Assembly (NCBI GenBank): GCA_903837285.1
Contig: CAILUD010000009.1
Span: 3,284-67,283, forward strand
Direction of reading: 5' to 3'
DNA: 64,000 nt
From: an uncultured Bacteroidota bacterium
Lineage (GTDB): Bacteria > Bacteroidota > Bacteroidia > Bacteroidales > GWA2-32-17
Shown here: positions 57,414 to 64,000 of the stretch, piece after piece
Layout: every line of letters begins with the position of its first letter
Position numbering within the stretch: the first letter of the stretch is position 1
The notes under the pieces: generated by a model
Databases searched by the model: none
What the model was told of the DNA's origin: nothing
Seen by the model: only the letters and a program-made list of their open reading frames with translations
Translations under genes and position numbers: made by a program

Positions 57414-59534
57414 TTAATACTTTGGTGTTATCCCCATGTTTTTAAAAATAAACGAATAAATATCCACCGACTCATCAATTTGCTTTGAAGTTGGTTTACC
57501 TGCTCCATGTCCGGCGCTTGTTTCAATTCTTATAAGTACCGGATTTGAGCCTTTATACTTTTCCTGAAGAGTAGCAATATATTTAAATGAATGTGCAGGA
57601 ACAACCCTATCATCATGATCGGCTGTTGTTACCATTATTGCTGGATATTCAGCTTTATCGCTAATATTATGTATTGGTGAATACTTATAAATATATTCAA
57701 ATTCTTCTTTGTTATCACTGTTACCATAATCAGTAACCCAACTCCAGCCTATTGTAAACTTATGGTAACGAAGCATATCCATAACACCAACTGCAGGTAA
57801 GGCAACTTTAAAAAGATCTGGACGTTGATTAGCAACTGCTCCAACTAACAATCCACCATTTGATCCACCTTGAATTGCAAGATAATCTGGTGAAGTATAT
57901 TTTTCTTTTATAAGATATTCTGCTGCAGCTATAAAATCATCAAAAACATTTTGCTTTTTAAGCTTTGTTCCTGCCAAATGCCATTCTTCACCATATTCGC
58001 CACCACCTCTTAGATTTGCAACTGCGTATACTCCTCCATTTTCTAACCAAATAACCCTGCTTGTACTAAAACCAGGTGTTAAACTAATATTAAAACCGCC
58101 ATAACCATATAATAATGTTGGATTATTTCCGTCAAGTGTAATTCCTTTTTTTGAAACAATAAACATTGAAATTTTTGTTTTGTCTTTACTTTCATAAAAC
58201 ACTTGCTTTACTTCGTATGCACTTCCATCAAAATCAATTGCAGGTTTAAAATATTCTTTACTCTCTCCCGTTTTATAATCGTACTGAAAAACCGTAGTTG
58301 GATAATTATAAGATGTAAAATCATAAAACGCTTCTGCATCATTTTTTCCTGAATTAAAAGTATTTACAGTTCCTAAAGCAGGAAGGTTTAAATTATTCAG
58401 AAACTTTCCGGAATAATCATAAATCATTATTTCTGAATGAGCATCCTTCATGTATGTGGCAACTAGAGTATTCCCACAAAAAGAAACAGATGAAAGTACA
58501 TCTTTTGTTTCGGGAAGAATATCAATTGCATTTGAAATATTAGGTGTTGAAATATCAACTTTAATTAATTTATATTTTTTTGCAGCTAAATTTGTACGGA
58601 TATATAACTCTGAACCAACATTATCTACTACTCCAAACTCAGTATCAAAGCCAGGCACTAAAGTGATAATTTTAGAATTTGGTTTTGATAAATCATAAAT
58701 ATGTAATGCATTTCCCAACGAACCAACATTTTCCTCGCTAATAACTAAATACTTTTGATCCTCTGTTACTGAGGCATAGAAATTTCTAAGAGGTTCTTTT
58801 TTATCTTCAATTACTATTTTATCTGCACTTTGTTCAGTACCTAATTTATGATAGTATAATTTATGATATTCGTTTTTCTGAGATAACTCTTTTCCTTTTG
58901 AAGGTGGAGTATAACCACTATAATAAATACCTTCATTAAACCAGCCAATGCCTGAAAATTTCACCCATTCCAAATGATCTGAAAGTAATTTTCCGGTTTC
59001 AATATTCATAAAATATATTTCATTCCAATCGGAGCCACCACGTGCAATTGCGTATGCAAGAAGCTTACCATCAGGAGAAATATCCATTGAAGCTAGAGAA
59101 ACAGTGCCATCATCTGAAAGCGTATTAGGATCTAATAATACTCTTGCACTATCAGTTAACGAATTCATAATATAGAGTATACTTTGATTCTGCAATCCAT
59201 TATTTTTATAACAAAAAAACTTATCGCCTTTTTTAAATGGAGCCGATTGCTTTGGAAAATTCCACATTGAAGTAAGCCTTTCTTTCATTTTTTCGCGAAA
59301 AGGAATCTGATTCAAATAATCAAAAGTTACTTTATTTTCAGCTATTACCCATTCTGCAACATCTTTAGCTGTATCATTTTCGAGCCAACGGTATGGATCT
59401 GCGACTTTTGTCCCAAAATAAGTATCAACTGAATCAACCTTTTTAGAAACAGGATAAATTAATCCGTTTTTATTTTCATTACAACCTAAAATTAACATAA
59501 TAGAACTGGCAATTAAAAGAATAGAATATTTCAT
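57414..59534 (-). CDS. Prolyl oligopeptidase (S9A family), exported
   Basis: Lipoprotein-like leader (LILGCNE), catalytic GGSNGGLL, DHDDRV and SAGHGAGKP. Confidence 0.9.
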   Translation of the reverse strand: MKYSILLIASSIMLILGCNENKNGLIYPVSKKVDSVDTYFGTKVADPYRWLENDTAKDVAEWVIAENKVTFDYLNQIPFREKMKERLTSMWNFPKQSAPFKKGDKFFCYKNNGLQNQSILYIMNSLTDSARVLLDPNTLSDDGTVSLASMDISPDGKLLAYAIARGGSDWNEIYFMNIETGKLLSDHLEWVKFSGIGWFNEGIYYSGYTPPSKGKELSQKNEYHKLYYHKLGTEQSADKIVIEDKKEPLRNFYASVTEDQKYLVISEENVGSLGNALHIYDLSKPNSKIITLVPGFDTEFGVVDNVGSELYIRTNLAAKKYKLIKVDISTPNISNAIDILPETKDVLSSVSFCGNTLVATYMKDAHSEIMIYDYSGKFLNNLNLPALGTVNTFNSGKNDAEAFYDFTSYNYPTTVFQYDYKTGESKEYFKPAIDFDGSAYEVKQVFYESKDKTKISMFIVSKKGITLDGNNPTLLYGYGGFNISLTPGFSTSRVIWLENGGVYAVANLRGGGEYGEEWHLAGTKLKKQNVFDDFIAAAEYLIKEKYTSPDYLAIQGGSNGGLLVGAVANQRPDLFKVALPAVGVMDMLRYHKFTIGWSWVTDYGNSDNKEEFEYIYKYSPIHNISDKAEYPAIMVTTADHDDRVVPAHSFKYIATLQEKYKGSNPVLIRIETSAGHGAGKPTSKQIDESVDIYSFIFKNMGITPKY

Positions 59535-59555
59535 AATCTAAGTTTTTGATAAAAT

Positions 59556-59563
59556 CAAAAGTA
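59556..59563 (-). promoter_or_regulatory. -7 box TACTTTTG (minus strand)
   Basis: The plus strand reads CAAAAGTA, 21 nt upstream of ATG 59534. Confidence 0.4.
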
Positions 59564-59665
59564 TAAAAATTAATCAACACAAAGCAACCTTTAGCTATTG
59601 AATTAAGTCATAATCCAAGAAACAATTTTGAATTTTTTAAATACTGTATAATGTTATGATTTTCA

Positions 59666-59751
59666 ACATTTACCCCGCCCTAAAGAGTGTGCCGAAAATC
59701 AATTTACTCCCTTTAGGGTTGGGGCAAATAAATTGATTTTATGGTAAATGT
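59666..59751 (+). promoter_or_regulatory. Candidate structured leader element: three interleaved helices (A/A', B/B', C/C')
   Basis: A 59666-74 pairs with 59743-51 (9 bp). B 59673-85 pairs with 59711-24 (13 pairs including one G-U, with a 1-nt bulge). C 59695-706 pairs with 59729-40 (12 bp, perfect). The order B-C-B'-C' means the helices cross. Confidence 0.35.
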
Positions 59752-59900
59752 ATTTATCATCATGTTAACTTGGTTTAAAATTCAAAACATAATCTAAATC
59801 GTTTTAAAAATAAAAATATTCTTTGATTTTAAATTAAAACAATTAATTATTCTGTAACTTTACAATGAAAAAGGAATTACATTTTAATAATATATTTACT

Positions 59901-62900
59901 ATGAGGAAAATAATTTTTACTCTTGCATTTGCAATTATGGCTTCTGGTCTTTTTGCTCAAAAAGTTCATACTATATCTTTATTAAATTCTACTAATGAAT
60001 TTTCGGTTATAAAAAATGAACCCTTGCAATTTAAATTCAAATCTTCGTTTTCTTCTTTAAAAACCAAGGAAATTGTAACCAAAGAAGGTTTTTTTATCCA
60101 AATAAACACAGAAGAGCTTGTTAACGAAGGAGAAAACGGTTCACCTTCTCTACCTGTCTTAAAAAGGTTAATTGAAGTTCCATTCAATTCTGATGTAAAA
60201 GTAAATATTGTAAGTTTTGACGAAGAAATAATTTCTTTAAATGACCTTGGAATAATTTATAAAATTATACCTCAACAGCCATCAGTAAGAAAAGATCAAA
60301 ATGTTGCCGATTTACCTTTCCATTATAATCAGCAAATTTATTCTACAAACGATTTTATTGAAAATGCTATTGGAGAATATCAACCAGTAGGAATTATGCG
60401 TGGTGTAAATATTGGGAGAATTGTTATAAGACCTGTTCAATATAACCCTGCACAAAACACGATTAGAATTTTAAAAAATATTGTAGTAGAAGTTACTTTC
60501 AAAAATGCTGATTTAGTAAAAACTGAAAGCATGAGAACTAAATACTATTCTCCAATGTTTGAGAGCAGTTGCAAGATGTTAGCAAACTACAATAAATCTA
60601 CAGCAAAAGATAATATTACTATTTATCCTGTAAAATATTTAATTATCAGTCATCGTATGTTTGAAGCGCAGATTCAACCTTTTATTCAATGGAAAACACG
60701 TAAAGGTTTTAAAGTTACTGTTGCATATACTGATGTTATTGGAACCACAACAACTGCAATAAAAAGTTATATAACTGCTCAATATACCGGAGGTACACCA
60801 ACCAACCCTGCTCCTAGTTATATTTTACTTATTGGGGATGTTGCTCAAATTCCTGCATTTACTGGCTCTGCTCTTGCTGCAGCTAGTCCAACCGATTTAT
60901 ATTATGGCGAAATGGATGGAGGCTCTGATGTAATTCCAGATATTTATTATGGTAGATTTTCTGCTCAAAATGCAGATCAGCTTGCGCCACAACTTGCAAA
61001 AACATTACAATACGAACAATACACAATGCCAGATCCAAGCTTTTTACAATATTCTGTTTTAGTTGCGGGTGTTGATGGATCAAATGCTGCGACATACGGT
61101 AACGGACAAATTAATTACGCAAATTTATATACTAATGCCTCAAACGGAATTACCCCAATTAATTACCTTTATGGTTCAGGGTCACCAATAATATCTAACA
61201 GTACCGCTGCCGCACCTGCAATTCATCAAAACGTAAGCGATGGCGCTGGCTTTGTAAATTATACTGCACATTGTGGCTCAGATGGCTGGTCGGATCCTAG
61301 CTTTAATACATCTCATGTAGCGGCTCTAACTAATCAGGATAAATATTGCTTTATGATTGGCAATTGCTGTCAGAGTAATATGTTTTCTGTTGCAGAATGT
61401 TTTGGCGAAGCTATACTTCGCGCCCCGAATAAAGGTGCAGTAGGATATATAGGCGCTTCCGATTTTTCTTACTGGAATGAAGATTACTATTTTGCAGTAG
61501 GTTTTAAAACAGTAATTTCAAATCCTGTTTACGATGCAAGTAAGTTAGGATTTTACGATAAATTATTTCATTCAAATGGCGAAGCTGAAACTGACTGGCA
61601 TGTAAGCGCCGGTCAATTAATGCATGGAGGAAATTTAGCCGTTACACAAGGAGGAACTAGTGTAACATATTACTGGGAAGAATATCATCTTATGGGCGAT
61701 CCATCACTTATGCCATATTTAGGAGTTCCAACAACTTTATCGGCAACTTATCTTACTTCTGTCCCAATGGGCGTAACATCAGTTGCTGTTGCAACAGAAC
61801 CTTATGCATATGTTGGACTATCACTAAACAATGTATGGATTGATGCTAAATACACTGGTGCTTCGGGAAATATCAGTTTAGATTTAACAACAATTGCAGC
61901 ACCTTGCACATTAGATGTTGTAATTACTAAACAAAACCGCCAGCCAAATATTGGAACTATTGTTATTGTTCCAAATAGTGCACCTTATGTGGTTTATAAC
62001 ACACATGTTTTACACGATGCTGGAGTTACAGTAAATGGTAACGTAGAATATTCTGAAACTGTAAACATGGATTTAACTTTAAGAAATGTTGGTAGTGTAA
62101 ATGCCACCGGAGTAAATGCAGCACTTTCAACAACTAACACAAATATTAATATTACAGATAATTATCAACCATTCGGGAATATTAATGCAACTGCTACAGC
62201 AACCCAAAACAATTCTTTTGCATTTAATGTTGCTAATGTAATTCCCGACCAACAAATTGTACAATTTGTAGTTACTGCAACAGACGCTACAGCAAATACA
62301 TGGACAACTAATTTTAATGTAACTTTAAATGCTCCTGTTTTGCAAGCAACAACAGTAGTTATTGATGACGTTGCAACTGGAAACGGAAACGGAAGACTTG
62401 ATCCTGGCGAAACTGTAACAATAAAAATATTAACATTAAACAATGGACATGCTGTTTCACCATCTGCAAATACTACTTTAACATTAAATAGTGGAGCAGT
62501 TTCAATTCCATCAAACACTCAAAATATTGGTGCCATTGTTGCCAGTGGAAGTGTTCAGGCTATTTATACTGTAAATGTTAATGCCGGCGCAACTGTTGGT
62601 TCTACTGCTTCATTTACCTTTGATGTTAATGCCGGAGGTTATACTGCTACAAAATCATTTGTATTAACAATCGGATTAATTGTTGAAGATTTTGAATCGA
62701 ATACTTTTACCGAATACCCATGGAATTTGACACAAATCGGAAATGCACCTTGGACTATTATTAACAGTGGTAGTATATATGAAGGAGCTTATTCTGCCCG
62801 TTCAGGAATAATTGGCAACATTGCAACATCTGAACTAACAATGCAAATTAATGTTTTATCTGCTGACAGCATTTCGTTTTATAAAAAGGTAAACAGCGAA

Positions 62901-63392
62901 CAAGATTATGACTTCTTAAAATTTTATATTGATGGAATTGAACAAGATCAATGGAGTGGCATAATTGACTGGAGTCGTGAAGCATATATGATGGCTACCG
63001 GAATACACACAATTAAGTGGATTTATTCTAAGGATTATTCTGTTGCTCCAACTGGTGATGGATCATGGGTAGATTTTGTTATATTCCCTCCTATTAACTT
63101 GCCTTTAACTCAAGCTGAAATCAATAACAATCTACAATATTTCAGCTCATATCCTAATCCATTTAATTCTGAATCAATAATTTCTTATAGTCTAATTAAA
63201 TCTGATAACATTGCAATCAGCTTAATTAATACTTTAGGCGAAACCGTTAAATCTATTTTACCAAAACAAAATATGTCACAAGGCAGTCATCAAATTCAAT
63301 TATCAAGTGAAGGACTTGCTTCAGGAATATATTTATGTAAAATGGAAACTAGCACAGAAACTAAAATGATTAAAATTATTTTATCAAAATAA
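59901..63392 (+). CDS. C25 (gingipain-like) cysteine peptidase with propeptide, Ig-like/adhesin domains and T9SS sorting domain
   Basis: Propeptide-like GSPSLPVLKRLIEVP...; candidate catalytic His in NYTAHCGSDGW and Cys in FMIGNCCQSN; C-terminal YPNPFNSESIISY...ASGIYLCKM...IKIILSK. ATG 59901 (MRKIIFTLAF) is preferred over 59865. Confidence 0.8.
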   Translation: MRKIIFTLAFAIMASGLFAQKVHTISLLNSTNEFSVIKNEPLQFKFKSSFSSLKTKEIVTKEGFFIQINTEELVNEGENGSPSLPVLKRLIEVPFNSDVKVNIVSFDEEIISLNDLGIIYKIIPQQPSVRKDQNVADLPFHYNQQIYSTNDFIENAIGEYQPVGIMRGVNIGRIVIRPVQYNPAQNTIRILKNIVVEVTFKNADLVKTESMRTKYYSPMFESSCKMLANYNKSTAKDNITIYPVKYLIISHRMFEAQIQPFIQWKTRKGFKVTVAYTDVIGTTTTAIKSYITAQYTGGTPTNPAPSYILLIGDVAQIPAFTGSALAAASPTDLYYGEMDGGSDVIPDIYYGRFSAQNADQLAPQLAKTLQYEQYTMPDPSFLQYSVLVAGVDGSNAATYGNGQINYANLYTNASNGITPINYLYGSGSPIISNSTAAAPAIHQNVSDGAGFVNYTAHCGSDGWSDPSFNTSHVAALTNQDKYCFMIGNCCQSNMFSVAECFGEAILRAPNKGAVGYIGASDFSYWNEDYYFAVGFKTVISNPVYDASKLGFYDKLFHSNGEAETDWHVSAGQLMHGGNLAVTQGGTSVTYYWEEYHLMGDPSLMPYLGVPTTLSATYLTSVPMGVTSVAVATEPYAYVGLSLNNVWIDAKYTGASGNISLDLTTIAAPCTLDVVITKQNRQPNIGTIVIVPNSAPYVVYNTHVLHDAGVTVNGNVEYSETVNMDLTLRNVGSVNATGVNAALSTTNTNINITDNYQPFGNINATATATQNNSFAFNVANVIPDQQIVQFVVTATDATANTWTTNFNVTLNAPVLQATTVVIDDVATGNGNGRLDPGETVTIKILTLNNGHAVSPSANTTLTLNSGAVSIPSNTQNIGAIVASGSVQAIYTVNVNAGATVGSTASFTFDVNAGGYTATKSFVLTIGLIVEDFESNTFTEYPWNLTQIGNAPWTIINSGSIYEGAYSARSGIIGNIATSELTMQINVLSADSISFYKKVNSEQDYDFLKFYIDGIEQDQWSGIIDWSREAYMMATGIHTIKWIYSKDYSVAPTGDGSWVDFVIFPPINLPLTQAEINNNLQYFSSYPNPFNSESIISYSLIKSDNIAISLINTLGETVKSILPKQNMSQGSHQIQLSSEGLASGIYLCKMETSTETKMIKIILSK

Positions 63393-63402
63393 CAGGCTTA
63401 TA

Positions 63403-64000
63403 ATGAGAAATATAAATTTATTTTTGGCGTGGCTGACAATCTCTTTGTCAGCTACTGCTGTTTTTGGGCAACAGCATTCATGGATACAAATTGGTAATTC
63501 TACAAAAACAGAATCGGAAATCAAGCTTGTTTCTTCTTCAAATAACGAAACTGTTATAAGTTTTAACTTGAATGCTTATGAGCTTAAAAAAATATCGACA
63601 AATAATGGCAAAGCAATAATTGTTGATGCTCCAAATTCAGCAAAAATATTAAAATCGGGTGCACCCGATTTACCTTGTTTTGCTACATCAGTTATAATTC
63701 CCGATTTTGATGAAATGACTGTTGAAATAATAAATTCAAATTTTATTGAGATTAATAACATTAACATTGCTCCTTCTAAAGGTAATTTGTTAAGAATTGT
63801 TGACCCTACAACTATTCCTTATACTTTTGGAACAGAATATCAAAAAAATGCATTCTATCCTTCTGATATTTCGTATTTAAGAGAGCCTTTTATTTTTAGA
63901 GACTATAGAGGACAGTCAGTAGTTATTCAACCATTTTTATATAATCCTGTAACAAAGGTATTGAGAATTTATACCGAACTAAAATTAATAGTTAAATCAA
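63403..64000 (+). CDS. Second C25-family peptidase, N-terminal part only (runs off the right edge)
   Basis: Absent from the ORF track because it is edge-truncated. Manual translation gives MRNINLFLAWLTISLSATAVFGQQ...SGAPDLPCFATSVIIPD...YRGQSVVIQPFLYNPVTKVLRIYTELKLIV (C25 propeptide pattern), open to the window end. Confidence 0.7.
   Translation, partial: MRNINLFLAWLTISLSATAVFGQQHSWIQIGNSTKTESEIKLVSSSNNETVISFNLNAYELKKISTNNGKAIIVDAPNSAKILKSGAPDLPCFATSVIIPDFDEMTVEIINSNFIEINNINIAPSKGNLLRIVDPTTIPYTFGTEYQKNAFYPSDISYLREPFIFRDYRGQSVVIQPFLYNPVTKVLRIYTELKLIVKS

Noticed and set aside
59666-59751. Invertible promoter flanked by inverted repeats, or a MITE
   Set aside because: The segment between the outer 9-bp repeats is only about 68 nt. 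It has no internal -7 box, no recombinase gene is nearby, and no target-site duplication is visible.

Overview
AT-rich chromosomal segment from a Bacteroidota bacterium. This assignment rests on gldK/L/M/N with porP, many T9SS C-terminal sorting domains, TAnnTTTG -7 promoter boxes and little reliance on Shine-Dalgarno sites. I support 46 protein-coding genes, mostly housekeeping: dnaG, glmS, panCD, radA, PBP1A, topA, mlaEF, purQ, ilvE, a deoxynucleoside kinase and a prolyl oligopeptidase. These are interleaved with cell-envelope and type IX secretion content: porP-gldKLMN, a PorZ-like propeller protein, two adjacent C25 gingipain-like peptidases and several T9SS cargo proteins. I found no tRNA, rRNA, CRISPR array, IS element, integrase or prophage. 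The supplied ORF track omits both edge-truncated genes. One of them is the largest gene in the window (1..6484, minus strand, more than 2,161 aa). The most system-like uncharacterised locus is a compact operon at 45435..48717. It joins a CheR, a degenerate CheR paralog and a receiver-less CheB to a SiaB-like GHKL kinase and a SiaC/DUF1987-like phosphoprotein. No MCP, CheA/W, phosphatase or output domain is present in the window. Other items worth a second look:
- a thioredoxin-like CGYC outer-membrane cluster (9694..14842);
- a 474-nt non-coding region with a three-copy repeat (41872..42345);
- crossing GC-rich helices upstream of the C25 peptidases (59666..59751);
- an arginase-fold protein with all metal ligands substituted, next to the T9SS core;
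- nested in-frame tandem repeats inside the giant protein.
All domain calls come from motif recognition by eye. No database search was run.
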